Below, piece by piece: positions 36,762-47,175 of a DNA stretch of 64,000 nucleotides. Each line of letters begins with the position of its first letter. Position 1 is the stretch's first letter. The stretch lies in the IMG/VR virus record IMGVR_UViG_3300037337_000032, positions 1 through 64,000 of that record. One strand, written 5' to 3'. The notes below the pieces were generated by a model. It saw only the letters and a program-made list of their open reading frames with translations, did no database searches and was not told where the DNA came from. The DNA comes from a virus. The translations under genes were made by a program, and so were the position numbers.

Positions 36762-39700
36762 TTATCTCCTAATTAATTGTGGTTGAATACCGAATGTAGA
36801 CTTAATAGATTTCTGTGAAGAACTACCGCTGCGTGATATTTCACCTGCTTGCATTTCACCGATTACTACTTCAATCTTTCGGTTACCCTTAGAGTCCGTA
36901 GTTTCATTTGTAGTTGCTTGTGAACTGCTGTTATTAATAACTTGCACAGAAACATTACTAGAGTTACCACCGGCAGCTACTACACCCAGAGAACCATCAG
37001 ATCCTCTACGAAGTGGCATAATAGCTTCAGGACCAGCTTCACCCATCATGCCGGTGCCTTTAGCGAACTTAAACATAGTAGGAGAATCTACGATTGAGTT
37101 TGTGAATGAACCACCGTTAGCAAACTTCTGTACACCTGCATCAAATGAACCACCATTCGCAAAACCAAGTGAAGAAGATATAGCAGCTACTATACCAGAG
37201 CCACCACCTGCAGCTTTATACATGTTAGTCATAGCCATCTGCATTTCAAGTTTAATCAGACCTATGAGCATAGATTTAACCATATCTCCAAAGGATGTTT
37301 TGCCAGTTAAAGCAAAGTCTACAATTGCATCACCCATGCCTTTAAACAAGTCCTCAAAGGCAGTAGCATACGCTTGATTGCGTTTAAAACCGTCGGTTAA
37401 TAAGTACTGCTCTCTATCATAGACTTCTTGCGCTTTAGCTTTCTTGACCTCAGCTAGATTTGCGTATAGAACTTCAGCTTCAGCATATTCAGCTTGATTC
37501 ATTGTTCGGGAAGCTTCTGCTAGATTTTTCGCATACTCATTGTCAGCTTTCAAACTAGCTTCTTTAAATTTAGACAGTGAAGTAATAGATGCTTTTTCAG
37601 CTTCTGTTTTAAAGTCCATACCAGAGCTAGAACTAAGAGTTTTACGTTCTGCATTAATATCTGTAATATTTTTATCTACGGTTATCTTAACACTCTCTAA
37701 AGCTTTAAACGAATTTGAAGTTTTATAAATAATATTTAGTAGCTTACCGTATTCCTCAAGTGATACATTTCCAACTAGGAGTGCTTCATCTAGTTTTCTA
37801 AGTGTACTGTAGTATTGATCACCCATGTTATCGCTCTTACCGTATAGATCTGCAATAAGGGTTATATCTCTTTTTCTTTCGTCTTCTGTTCTCTTTAGTA
37901 TTTCATTAGCATTAGCTTCTGCATAAATTGCACTGATTGCATCTTGACGTGTTTTAGATTGACCCTTAAAAGCATCGGTTGATCGTATCTGAGCTAGCGC
38001 GATTTCTGCTTTTGTTAGATTCTCTACAGCACCAATTTGAGCTAGCAGGAAACTGGTAGCCTGTTGTAGCATCTGCTGATAAGACTGCTCTATTTTACTA
38101 GCTTCATTTTCAAGTTTATTAGCTGCTTCATCTCGCTTCTTTTTGTCGTCTTCGAACTTACTTGCTGCCTCTGAGTTCTTAGCTTCGACAGCTGCTAAAT
38201 CTTTTTTGGCAGCTATTTCATTTTTTAAATCTTCTATTAAACCTTGCGTAGCTAATATGCGATTATTTGTAGCTGAACCTTCTGTACCTGCTCCCCTACG
38301 CCCCTGCAGGAATGCTAGATTTTTTTCAACTTGAGCTAGTTCTTCTGTTAAAGTATCTCTACGTCCTATATTCATAATAGAATCCCAAGTAGCACTCCAA
38401 ATCTTACCTAGTGAAATGCCAAGCCTTGTAATACTACCAAAATTTTCTACTGTTCTATCTGCTGCAGTCTTGCCTGCATCTGCATAAGCTGCAGTAGCTA
38501 GCTCTGCAGCTTTAATAGCATTACCTGCACGCTCATAAGCATCAATTTGTTTTAGAATCTCTACCGGGATAGTACCAAGTTTAATAGCTAATTTAGTTAA
38601 AGCTTCTGTTGGTTTTTCTTGGAGTTCTTTGAACTGCTTTACTGTATCTGCAATTGGAATATCAAAAGCTGTCTTTAGTGCTTGAGCAGTTGTTGCAATC
38701 ATTTTTAAACTAGAAACAGACATGCCGCCAATCTTTGCCATTTCTGTTAGGACTTTAAGCGCATCTCCAGTGCTTACACCGAATTCATCCATACCCCTAG
38801 CTGCATCGTATGCCATATCTAGATTTAGACCCATAGCAGCACCTGTTAGGTTTAGCGCCCTGTTTAATGCATTCTCTTCTTTTACTAGCGAACTAACAGA
38901 AAAAGCTAAAGCAATAAGCGCAGCTATCGCAACAGCTGCCCCTACTCCTACAACAAAAGTTAGAGCTTTTCCAATGAGATCAAATGCTTTTACTAGCCCC
39001 GATCCCTCTCCAGATATTGCGATAAGTTTAACACGAAATATATCTAATAAAGCAGAAGTGCCTGTTATTTGCATACCGAACTTTACAATAGCACTACCAG
39101 AACCAGTAATTGCATTTACTATTAACTGACCTACAGCTAAACCAATATCTTTCACGCTGCTAACCATTGCTTTACTGGCTTGAACAAGCATGGCACCCAT
39201 TTGAGAACCTGCTACCCCAGCTAATGCAAATTGATCTCGCAACTGACCACCCTGTTGTAATAGAACAGTAAGAGGCGCCTGACCGGAGTATAAACCAACA
39301 GCGATGTCGGTAATCTGTGGGCCAAGGGCACGAGATAGGTAATCTACCTGACGATTGCCACCTGCTTTTTCAATAGAGCCTAAAGCTGTTTTATACTTTG
39401 TTAAAGCAGCCGCTTGCTCTGATGCAGTTTTACCTGAGCGTTTTAATGCCTGTTCAAACTTTATTAGTTTATTGTTTGTTGCACTTGTGATCTCTCCGTT
39501 AGAGGCAGTTAATCTAGTAGCTCTCTCCATTTCGGTAGCTACATATTCGCTAGCCTTAGCCGTTGCGTTTGTTGCTTGAACCTGATCTCGCATACTTTTA
39601 GTTCTAGCATCATTAGCCTGGTTAAGCCTTAAACTCTTCTGTACTAGTTGTTCGTACTCTGTACCAAGGCCAGTTAGACTCCTACCTTCAATGCCGTATA

Positions 39701-40259
39701 GTGCAATCAAACGCTCTTTTTCACGAGCTAGGTCGGTCATTTGCTTTTCAGTTAAACCTAGATTTCTGTTAAATAAGCTGGTGACTTCATTGGTTGTTTT
39801 ATATTCATTCTGCAGCTTCTGGAGTAACCCGATACTTTTATCAAAAGGATCTCCACCGATTAAACTACGCTGAGTTTTCAACGTATTATTCAGAGCCAGC
39901 ATATCTTCATCTAAAGCACCAGCAGCTCTAGCTGTAGCTAAGATCGAAGCTTGACCTTTGGAATTACCTTGTGCCATATACTCTAGGATAAGATTCTGGC
40001 GCTCTAGCATAGACGTAGATTTACCTACAGCAGTTGCAGATTTTTCTTCTGCTTGCTGTAATTTAACCTTAGCAAGTGCAGCCCTAGAAGCAGAGTCCTC
40101 TGCCTTAGACAATTCTTTATTAGTCTTTGCGGATTCTTTAGCAAAGTTCTGCATTGGTTTATCTAACTTAGATACTTCAACTGCTAACTTAGCAATTTCA
40201 GCTGCTGCGTCTTGTAGTTGCTTTGTATCGACGACAAATTTTAGACTGGCAAGTTCCAT
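36762..40259 (-). CDS. Tail tape measure protein
   Basis: PQITDI...L..GQ.P..VLLQQGGQL (lambda H-like), FA.GG...GEAGPEAIMPL C-terminus; 1165 aa. Confidence 0.93.
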   Translation of the reverse strand: MELASLKFVVDTKQLQDAAAEIAKLAVEVSKLDKPMQNFAKESAKTNKELSKAEDSASRAALAKVKLQQAEEKSATAVGKSTSMLERQNLILEYMAQGNSKGQASILATARAAGALDEDMLALNNTLKTQRSLIGGDPFDKSIGLLQKLQNEYKTTNEVTSLFNRNLGLTEKQMTDLAREKERLIALYGIEGRSLTGLGTEYEQLVQKSLRLNQANDARTKSMRDQVQATNATAKASEYVATEMERATRLTASNGEITSATNNKLIKFEQALKRSGKTASEQAAALTKYKTALGSIEKAGGNRQVDYLSRALGPQITDIAVGLYSGQAPLTVLLQQGGQLRDQFALAGVAGSQMGAMLVQASKAMVSSVKDIGLAVGQLIVNAITGSGSAIVKFGMQITGTSALLDIFRVKLIAISGEGSGLVKAFDLIGKALTFVVGVGAAVAIAALIALAFSVSSLVKEENALNRALNLTGAAMGLNLDMAYDAARGMDEFGVSTGDALKVLTEMAKIGGMSVSSLKMIATTAQALKTAFDIPIADTVKQFKELQEKPTEALTKLAIKLGTIPVEILKQIDAYERAGNAIKAAELATAAYADAGKTAADRTVENFGSITRLGISLGKIWSATWDSIMNIGRRDTLTEELAQVEKNLAFLQGRRGAGTEGSATNNRILATQGLIEDLKNEIAAKKDLAAVEAKNSEAASKFEDDKKKRDEAANKLENEASKIEQSYQQMLQQATSFLLAQIGAVENLTKAEIALAQIRSTDAFKGQSKTRQDAISAIYAEANANEILKRTEDERKRDITLIADLYGKSDNMGDQYYSTLRKLDEALLVGNVSLEEYGKLLNIIYKTSNSFKALESVKITVDKNITDINAERKTLSSSSGMDFKTEAEKASITSLSKFKEASLKADNEYAKNLAEASRTMNQAEYAEAEVLYANLAEVKKAKAQEVYDREQYLLTDGFKRNQAYATAFEDLFKGMGDAIVDFALTGKTSFGDMVKSMLIGLIKLEMQMAMTNMYKAAGGGSGIVAAISSSLGFANGGSFDAGVQKFANGGSFTNSIVDSPTMFKFAKGTGMMGEAGPEAIMPLRRGSDGSLGVVAAGGNSSNVSVQVINNSSSQATTNETTDSKGNRKIEVVIGEMQAGEISRSGSSSQKSIKSTFGIQPQLIRR

Positions 40260-40347
40260 TTTTATTTCCTACGTAATGAATAGTATAATTCTATGTATAT
40301 ACTATTATTAATACATACATAGAAGCCCTCCTGAGAAGGCTACTACT

Positions 40348-40743
40348 TTATTTCTTAGAGGCTTTTTTTCGTTCAGCTTCAGACTCTTTTGCATATGATA
40401 GCATTGCTTCGTTATCTATGCGTTTAATTAAGCTCAGTTCCCAGTCTTCAATCTCTATACCTATGAGATCTAGATAAGCTTTAAGGTCAGAGTACGCTAT
40501 AGGGTTGACACCGTAACCATTAGATGATCTTGCATTATTAAGATCTATAAACCAACGCCAGACTTGATTGCAACTTTCTGGTAATTCTTTAATATCATCT
40601 AGCTCTTTAGGTTTCACACCTGTTTGTCGCCATATGGAGTTTAATTGATCCCGTAAGGAACCAGAGTTACCAGATTTTCTACTTAGCTCAAACTCTTGCT
40701 TTACGAACCCAATAGCATCGTCAATTTCACTCTGAGCGAAAGT
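40348..40743 (-). CDS. Tail assembly chaperone extension (GT-like), probably reached by frameshift
   Basis: Frame open from 40743 to 40348; W.WF..L...R, PI...D, WE...I..ID. Confidence 0.65.
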   Translation of the reverse strand, partial: TFAQSEIDDAIGFVKQEFELSRKSGNSGSLRDQLNSIWRQTGVKPKELDDIKELPESCNQVWRWFIDLNNARSSNGYGVNPIAYSDLKAYLDLIGIEIEDWELSLIKRIDNEAMLSYAKESEAERKKASKK

Positions 40744-41140
40744 TCAGGAGTTGACCTGATTCCTCCATCACTGCATCTTTAATCCAAGAATATTCACTAA
40801 AAACTCGCTCTGCATTTTCTTTTGTGAATGCAACCTCTTTACCGTTCTCTGTGATATTTTCCCATCCGATTACACGGACTACGGCAGACTCTACACTCAG
40901 CTCTTCAGCTTCTTCTAGTGTCATATCTTCAGGCTCTTTGCCTCTTCGTTTTGCTTGTTGTTCACGCAGTTTAAATTCTGCGTATTTCTTACGACCAAAA
41001 GCTTTTACTGTTTTAGATTGATCGCCACGTACATTAATAAATACACCAGTAGCTTCACCAGTTCCAGGAAGTTTTAATTCAAACTTATAGCCAACTTCTG
41101 CGATCTCTGTGTAATTATGCTTTGCTAGGTCAAATTTCAT
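40727..41140 (-). CDS. Tail assembly chaperone (G-like)
   Basis: Between tube and TMP; V.G..S...GWE.I...F..ENA...W....V..ES....NF. Confidence 0.8.
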   Translation of the reverse strand: MKFDLAKHNYTEIAEVGYKFELKLPGTGEATGVFINVRGDQSKTVKAFGRKKYAEFKLREQQAKRRGKEPEDMTLEEAEELSVESAVVRVIGWENITENGKEVAFTKENAERVFSEYSWIKDAVMEESGQLLNFRSE

Positions 41141-41173
41141 AATACCCTTTCTATTATTTATAAACAAGAAATG

Positions 41174-41203
41174 ATTATAGCATAAATTTCGAGATAAATC
41201 AAG
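41174..41203 (-). promoter_or_regulatory. Sigma70-like late promoter
   Basis: CTTGATTTATCTCGAAATTTATGCTATAAT on minus strand. Confidence 0.65.
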
Positions 41204-41216
41204 AGGTGCAAATAAA

Positions 41217-41248
41217 GAAAAACCCCTTGGCTTTTGACCAAAGGGTTT
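41217..41248 (-). terminator. Intrinsic terminator after tail tube gene
   Basis: CCCTTTGG/CCAAGGGG stem followed by U-run on minus strand. Confidence 0.7.
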
Positions 41249-41272
41249 ATTCGTAAGTTATCTGTGCAAGTA

Positions 41273-42478
41273 TTAAGCAGCAGAATCTTGGATTTGAATT
41301 GTAGTTGCAACTAAACCTGCACTAGTTACATCGTTAAGTAAAGCTTGGAAACTGGTAGATGCGATAATACCGAGTTCGCCGTCATCTTTGGTGAAGCTAC
41401 TTAGTTTGACTTTAGGCAGTGTAAAAGTAACGAAGTCAGCAGCAGGGCTACTGTCTACAGTTACGCTAAGTACGATAGCAACAGGTGTTTCACTGTTGAA
41501 GTAACTACGGAAAGTTGAATCTTGGAAGTAAACACTTAGATTGCCAGTAACACGGATACGACCAGTGAAAATCTCAGCAATTGAATTAGAACCTACTGCT
41601 GTTGCATTCTCTGTTGCACGTTCGATTGAAAAGTCAGCAGAAGTTACCAAAGCAACAGGAGCGCCATCTACAAGCATGATACCGTTAACAGCAGCAAAAA
41701 TACCATTGGAATTCTGTGCAGTTGGTGAAGTAAAGTACTGAGTTGAACCTGTTTGTGCTAGGTCTTTACCTGCAAATCCGAAGTCTAGTGTAGTTAAGCC
41801 GGTAGCAGGTAGTTGAACAGCCATGCTGTTTATTTTCATACCCGTATAAACTTCAGATTGAGCAATATCGGAGTAGAACTCTTCTACTGTATATGAATCA
41901 TCTGTATGGCCTGAAGCAGGGACGAAGGTTTGCTTTCCTGGCGCAACTAGTGTCACAGCAGATGCAGTAACCTGTGCGGTCATTGTAGAGCTATTTAGAG
42001 GCACTACAGTTAAGTTTGTAGCTGTAATTGCAGCGACTAGCAAGTTCTTTGCATTGTCTGAGGTAGCTGTTAAACCACTAGCACGGACAATCATACCTAC
42101 ACGAACACCATCAGTTAACCATGAACCTGATGCACGAACAAGTTCGTAAGTACCAGTAGTAGAAGTAACTGTTACTTGAGCAGAAGCGCCTAGACTAACA
42201 GAAGTAAAATCACGGCCACTAATAGAACCCATGAAATCAGAGTAAGTTAAAGCAGATAACTCACCATTCAGAGAACCTTCAGCGGAACGTACGCCATGCC
42301 GAAAGTCAGAGACTTGCCGATCTGTGCGAATCTCACCAGACTCATAGGCTTCTTTTACTAAGTTAAAACTTGCAGTTACACGGCGAAGTAATTTAGCGGA
42401 TGTTGCACCGGCTACAGTGCCCCAAGTACTTTCTTTCTTGTAAGCAACAACTTTCGATGTACCTTTTGAAATTGGCAT
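41273..42478 (-). CDS. Major tail tube protein
   Basis: ESTWG, S.EIR.DRQ..D.R.G....G, G.L.VYF; siphovirus tube. Confidence 0.85.
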   Translation of the reverse strand: MPISKGTSKVVAYKKESTWGTVAGATSAKLLRRVTASFNLVKEAYESGEIRTDRQVSDFRHGVRSAEGSLNGELSALTYSDFMGSISGRDFTSVSLGASAQVTVTSTTGTYELVRASGSWLTDGVRVGMIVRASGLTATSDNAKNLLVAAITATNLTVVPLNSSTMTAQVTASAVTLVAPGKQTFVPASGHTDDSYTVEEFYSDIAQSEVYTGMKINSMAVQLPATGLTTLDFGFAGKDLAQTGSTQYFTSPTAQNSNGIFAAVNGIMLVDGAPVALVTSADFSIERATENATAVGSNSIAEIFTGRIRVTGNLSVYFQDSTFRSYFNSETPVAIVLSVTVDSSPAADFVTFTLPKVKLSSFTKDDGELGIIASTSFQALLNDVTSAGLVATTIQIQDSAA

Positions 42479-42543
42479 ATTATTTTCCTTAATTTAAATT
42501 TTCAACATTTGCAAATGTACTGATTTAGGTTCAGCAACCTTGA

Positions 42544-42951
42544 TTAGTATGAGTATACTTCTGCAACTAATTGAATTAGTACAGGGCAGATCACTCTTTC
42601 AGATACAATAGTATTACCTGCAATTTGCGGTGTTTTTAGCACATGTATCTTTACATTATCTTCTTCTAGTACTAAACCTTTTGCAAAGTGATTGCGAACA
42701 AGTTCAGCCTGTGTAATAACTTCAGAAGTACCTTTGTTAGCAGAACCTACAATAAACACCTGTAGAGTTACTCTTTCACGGTGGAAGCCTACGCCTAGCA
42801 CAGGATCCTCTGGGGCTTGAATTGTAAATTGAACTCTTTGATATATTGAAGCAGTAGGCTCAAAACTAACTCCCTCCCATGCTGTAGCTAAAGTAGGAGT
42901 CAAAGCAAGTAGCCTACGTTCAGCTGCTCTTTTAATTTGTATAATTGCCAT
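42544..42951 (-). CDS. Tail terminator protein
   Basis: AW.GV.F.P, QV.I....N.G, HF.KG; position. Confidence 0.65.
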   Translation of the reverse strand: MAIIQIKRAAERRLLALTPTLATAWEGVSFEPTASIYQRVQFTIQAPEDPVLGVGFHRERVTLQVFIVGSANKGTSEVITQAELVRNHFAKGLVLEEDNVKIHVLKTPQIAGNTIVSERVICPVLIQLVAEVYSY

Positions 42952-43442
42952 TAACTTTCCTTATAATAATCGTCAAGATGTAATTGATATGTTCTCATGA
43001 CGGAATCAAGTGTAGGCTGCATTATTGGTTGATTTTTATTGTACCTATCAAAATTCTTCTCAAGTTCAATAATATAAGGTCCAAAGTTACTGATCATTAT
43101 AGTTTCACCTAGCTTATAATCATTTAAGTCTGATTTTATAAGTGAAGATGCCATATCGTCAGAACTGTCTCCGTATAGTGCTTGCATCTCAAGAGTGCCA
43201 TCTGTAGATACTCTCCAAGAACCTTTAGCAAAACCTTCTATAGGCTCTAGACCGATTAATTGTTGTCGCCTCAAGTACAGATCTTCCCACTTAACTGAAT
43301 CACCGATAGGAGTATTATCTATTGCGGTTACCGCTACAATGTATGAGAATTTCTCCACCATACCTTGCATCTTTCTGGTAGCTTCTTCGTGGAAGTCTTT
43401 TAAGCTTTTCTCTAGTGCAGAGGTATTTACTGATATTTGCAT
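42951..43442 (-). CDS. Neck/tail completion protein (HK97 gp10-like)
   Basis: TP.GD...G....SW, ISN..PYI..LE. Confidence 0.65.
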   Translation of the reverse strand: MQISVNTSALEKSLKDFHEEATRKMQGMVEKFSYIVAVTAIDNTPIGDSVKWEDLYLRRQQLIGLEPIEGFAKGSWRVSTDGTLEMQALYGDSSDDMASSLIKSDLNDYKLGETIMISNFGPYIIELEKNFDRYNKNQPIMQPTLDSVMRTYQLHLDDYYKES

Positions 43443-43444
43443 TA

Positions 43445-43801
43445 CTAACTCTTTACGGCTAATATCTTATATAGAATTATCAGACCATCTGCAGCGTGTT
43501 CAGTTATTGAGTCTATAGTATAAGTAGTAGAATCAAGTGTTATCTTATCTTTAACAGCAGGTGTAAACGCTAGATTATTATTTGCTAGATGAAAAAGAGC
43601 AGAATCTCTTCCAATCATATTCGGAAAGTTATACTGATTAGCTCTTACGTGCTTCTTGTACATTATAAGTTGATAGCTAGTTTCCGTGTTGCTTGTAGAA
43701 CTTGTCTCAACATCATAATAACCTTCTTGAACTGCAATATAAGTACAAATTTTACCATGTTGATTTAATGCCTTAACTGTAAGAGCTAAATATCTATCCA
43801 T
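43445..43801 (-). CDS. Head closure protein
   Basis: G.YD.ET, P...DKI; position. Confidence 0.6.
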   Translation of the reverse strand: MDRYLALTVKALNQHGKICTYIAVQEGYYDVETSSTSNTETSYQLIMYKKHVRANQYNFPNMIGRDSALFHLANNNLAFTPAVKDKITLDSTTYTIDSITEHAADGLIILYKILAVKS

Positions 43802-43814
43802 ATACTTCCTTCAG

Positions 43815-44243
43815 TTAAATGCCAAACGAACCAAACCGTGAAGGGTAAGAAGGATTAGTCCTTGAGGTGTAGTACGTATCAGATGGTTGTTTAATTATAT
43901 TATTATCTAAGTTAGCATCATTAGCTCTCATATCGTCCTTAGATATACCGCCTGCATACCCTTGAATCTTATCATACATAGAATTAAGACCTGGACTCTT
44001 AATATATAATTGCAATGCCTGCATATAGTTCTTTGCAGCTGAGGATCCTTTAATACTAAAAATATCTACAGTTTCATCAGTACGCATAGAAAGCTTTAGA
44101 AGAATACTCTTAGCTGAATCCATAGAAGCTCGTTGGATATTCCAATCGTGCTTACCCAAGAAATATGTATACTCGTCATCTGACATAATTGGAAACTCAG
44201 TCGAAACGTCCCCAAGCTCTATTCTCAATGCATGTATTGTCAT
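43815..44243 (-). CDS. Head-tail adaptor protein
   Basis: LR.ELGD......SD.EY.YFL, YAGGIS..DM. Confidence 0.65.
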   Translation of the reverse strand: MTIHALRIELGDVSTEFPIMSDDEYTYFLGKHDWNIQRASMDSAKSILLKLSMRTDETVDIFSIKGSSAAKNYMQALQLYIKSPGLNSMYDKIQGYAGGISKDDMRANDANLDNNIIKQPSDTYYTSRTNPSYPSRFGSFGI

Positions 44244-44264
44244 AGTGTATGTCCTTTAGTGTAG

Positions 44265-44409
44265 CTAACATAAAAACTGAAATAGTAACATCTAAGTATT
44301 TAAGTACTATAGCGTAATCTAAGTAATTAAAAAGACTATAGCGTAGTCTGTAAACTTAATAGTACTATAATATAACAATACTAATGCTATATTTCAATTC
44401 TTATGTTAG
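44265..44409. repeat. 145-bp element with 20-bp imperfect terminal inverted repeats and internal CTATAGCGTA(A/G)TCT repeats
   Basis: CTAACATAAAAACTGAAATA ... TATTTCAATTCTTATGTTAG. Confidence 0.65.
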
Positions 44410-44445
44410 AAACCCGCCGAAGCGGGAATCTAAATTAACTAGCTA

Positions 44446-45459
44446 TTAGTTGCTTGAAAACAAACGAACTAGAGCTTGTGGGCGGCGAACTAGGTTCAAA
44501 AAGTTAGATTCGGTTTGAATCTCAATCTGGCTACCTTTAGGATCGCGGAAAGTGAAAGCATAAGCCTCTTCACCGATGGTGTTAACAAAGTCAAACTTGT
44601 TAGCAGGTGAAAAGTAGCTGATGAACATGTCGCTAGTACCTAGTGGCATTGCGTAAGCATCGCCAGCAGGGATTAGAACAGCACCATTGTAAGAACCACG
44701 GTATTCAATGTACTCAACACCGCCATGAGTAAAACGACGGTATAGACCAGAGCCTAGACGCTGACGTAGTGGCTCTTGAGTGCTAGAGTAGTACTTGTAA
44801 GCTTCTTTGACGCCAGCTTGAGTAATTAGCTTACCGAAGAAACCAGGTGAGCAAAGGACAGTTACATTACTTACGTTCTCACCAGAGAGGATGTTATCCT
44901 GAATGTGAGCGATAGCCTCTTCGGACTTACCGAGGACATCCGTACTTGTAGTGCCTAGTACGAAGTCAACCTCTTTGCGGGTAACACCAAAGTCTGTGTA
45001 GTAGTTACCAGCAACAGTACCGTTAGGAGCATAGATAGCACCAGTGGTAATGGCAAAGCAACGGGCAGCTTCTAGTGTAGCAGCGTGGCTACGGCGAATA
45101 CGCTCTAGCTTACGTGCAATAACAGCAGCTTCAGTTTCAGATTGATCTGGAGAGCCATAAGCACGCTTGCCTTGGACGTCTTCAGGCTTGATTGCGTCAT
45201 CAAGTGGAAAGTGCGGGATAGCAAATGAACGTAGAGCACGGGTGTCATCTTTGTTTACGTTGTTACGCTCACCACGGACTTTATCGGTAACTAGGCCGAG
45301 AGTACCTTGGCTGGATTCAACGGTAATGCTGTGCTGGGCTACACCTTCATTACGGAAAATTCCGAGTTCGTTGACTAGACCCCATGTGTTTGGAACTAGG
45401 AGTAGTTCTTCGGTATAGTCTACGAGTTCAAATGGTTTTTCAAAACTGCGAGTTTGCAT
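44446..45459 (-). CDS. Major capsid protein (lambda E-like, HK97 fold)
   Basis: IPHFP.DD.I.PED.QG.R, YF.PA...VNT.G, E...ESN.L...RP. Confidence 0.92.
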   Translation of the reverse strand: MQTRSFEKPFELVDYTEELLLVPNTWGLVNELGIFRNEGVAQHSITVESSQGTLGLVTDKVRGERNNVNKDDTRALRSFAIPHFPLDDAIKPEDVQGKRAYGSPDQSETEAAVIARKLERIRRSHAATLEAARCFAITTGAIYAPNGTVAGNYYTDFGVTRKEVDFVLGTTSTDVLGKSEEAIAHIQDNILSGENVSNVTVLCSPGFFGKLITQAGVKEAYKYYSSTQEPLRQRLGSGLYRRFTHGGVEYIEYRGSYNGAVLIPAGDAYAMPLGTSDMFISYFSPANKFDFVNTIGEEAYAFTFRDPKGSQIEIQTESNFLNLVRRPQALVRLFSSN

Positions 45460-45497
45460 TATAATTTCCTTGTTTTATTATTAATATACGTTAGCTA

Positions 45498-45893
45498 TTA
45501 AACTGCATCGTTGCTAAGAATACCCTTAGCATCGAAAGCAGCATATACGGCAGCTTTTTCTGAGTCTAGGTTATAACTTGCATCTAGAATTAGACCAGCT
45601 TTAGATACGATAGCAGCACCGCGAACTAAGCATAGAACTCCGGTGGCAGTAGCAGAAGCTACAGTTTTCTCGACCATTACGATTGCATCAGCTACTTGCG
45701 AGCCATCGCTAGCAGTCTGAACTGCAATTTTATATGTACCGTCTGCGGTGACTTTACCTAAGACAGTACCAGGGACTAGGGCAGCGGCAGTACCGTTGTA
45801 GGTAACTACGAGGCGGCAATAACCTGCTTCTGGGAATAACTCTTGTTTGACTACGTTTGAAAGACGAGCGGCTTCTGTTGCGATTAGTGGCAT
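45498..45893 (-). CDS. Head decoration protein
   Basis: GTVLGKVTA.G.Y......DGS..A..I, upstream of MCP. Confidence 0.8.
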   Translation of the reverse strand: MPLIATEAARLSNVVKQELFPEAGYCRLVVTYNGTAAALVPGTVLGKVTADGTYKIAVQTASDGSQVADAIVMVEKTVASATATGVLCLVRGAAIVSKAGLILDASYNLDSEKAAVYAAFDAKGILSNDAV

Positions 45894-45910
45894 TATATTT
45901 TCCTTTTAAT

Positions 45911-47161
45911 TTACTTAGCTTGCTTTGCTTGCTTGGCTTTTAACAGTCTAGCTACAGCAGATTCTTTACTGGAGGCTTCTTCAGTAGAAGCACCTTTTTC
46001 TACAAACATATCAGAAGATTCTACAACTTGCATGATTGCTTCAATAGCAAGAACAAATGCAGTAAAATCATCTTCAGATTCTAGTGTCAAACCTGCCTTA
46101 GCGATTGCTTGAACTTTGCTTTCGTCTTTTACGATAGCTTTAATTTTTTCAGTTTTTGCCTTGTTGATAGCTTCTTTTTTATCAGCTTCAAATTTAGCAA
46201 TAGTATCCAAGGCTTTTTGTAGTTGTACTTTTTGCTCTTCTAGAGCTTTTTGCACAAGTTCAAACTGAGCTTTTTCTACAGTTTCGACTTTCAATTCGTC
46301 ATCCATCTTAGATTTCTCCAATTCTTCTTTGTTAACAGAGGTAGACACCCCTTGGCTTGTCTCAACGCTAGCGTTTGTTGAGGTATCATTATCTTCTGCA
46401 AAAGCAGTAGGTTTAGATTCTGTATCTAGAGACTTCTGTACTTTAGTAAGTGTAGAAGATTTGTGACCTACACGAACATCCGTAGGTTTATCATCTCTAT
46501 AAAGTCTAATCAACGTAGCAGGATTATCTTCAGTTCCTTTTACGCTAAAACTTGTATTGGGTACTTTGATTGTTCCGTCTTGTACAATCTTTTCAATCTT
46601 ACCAGTAGCTCTACCACCACTGGAGTTCCATGAAACCATATCACCAACTTTTGGTTTATATGCTTTTTCTAATTTGTCAAATGCTTTTTCGATCAAAGCT
46701 TGATCATTTAATAGTGCTAAGTATTCGTTTTCATCCAACTCAGATAGAACTTGTGAAAGACTCTCAGCACCGTAAGCAGACTTCATTACCTCGTAAGATT
46801 CTAACCTAGACTGAATGTAATCTTCATGATCTGCATTAGACATCATAGCACCATCAGACATCTTATGCATCGGTTCGTAACCCATCATAAGAGCTAGTAC
46901 TTCTGCATCGTCTCCATATAAAGAGAAAAACCTACGAAGAAAATCTGGTAGCTCCATTGTAACGCGAACTTGTTGCATCTTTTGCACAAACTCTTCGCTG
47001 AAATTACTGGCCTTTAATACAAGCTTATAGTCTGCACCAGAAGCAGGACCACCTTGATCTTTAGATACAAGAGCAATATGTGAACCTTCTGCACTAAAAT
47101 CGATATTACTTAGTTTGCGCTTAGTCTTAATTGTCTTTTGCGTTGTTTCCAATGTTTGCAT
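45911..47161 (-). CDS. Scaffold/prohead core protein with inserted Tudor-like (DUF2945-like) domain
   Basis: HIALVSK.QGGPA.G N-terminus, KVGDMVSWNSSGG...G.I insert, coiled-coil C-terminus. Confidence 0.7.
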   Translation of the reverse strand: MQTLETTQKTIKTKRKLSNIDFSAEGSHIALVSKDQGGPASGADYKLVLKASNFSEEFVQKMQQVRVTMELPDFLRRFFSLYGDDAEVLALMMGYEPMHKMSDGAMMSNADHEDYIQSRLESYEVMKSAYGAESLSQVLSELDENEYLALLNDQALIEKAFDKLEKAYKPKVGDMVSWNSSGGRATGKIEKIVQDGTIKVPNTSFSVKGTEDNPATLIRLYRDDKPTDVRVGHKSSTLTKVQKSLDTESKPTAFAEDNDTSTNASVETSQGVSTSVNKEELEKSKMDDELKVETVEKAQFELVQKALEEQKVQLQKALDTIAKFEADKKEAINKAKTEKIKAIVKDESKVQAIAKAGLTLESEDDFTAFVLAIEAIMQVVESSDMFVEKGASTEEASSKESAVARLLKAKQAKQAK

Positions 47162-47175
47162 TGTATTCCTTTATG

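Noticed and set aside
44290-44370. Mini CRISPR array
   Set aside because: Units are near-tandem with similar short spacers rather than unique ~30-nt spacers; no cas genes
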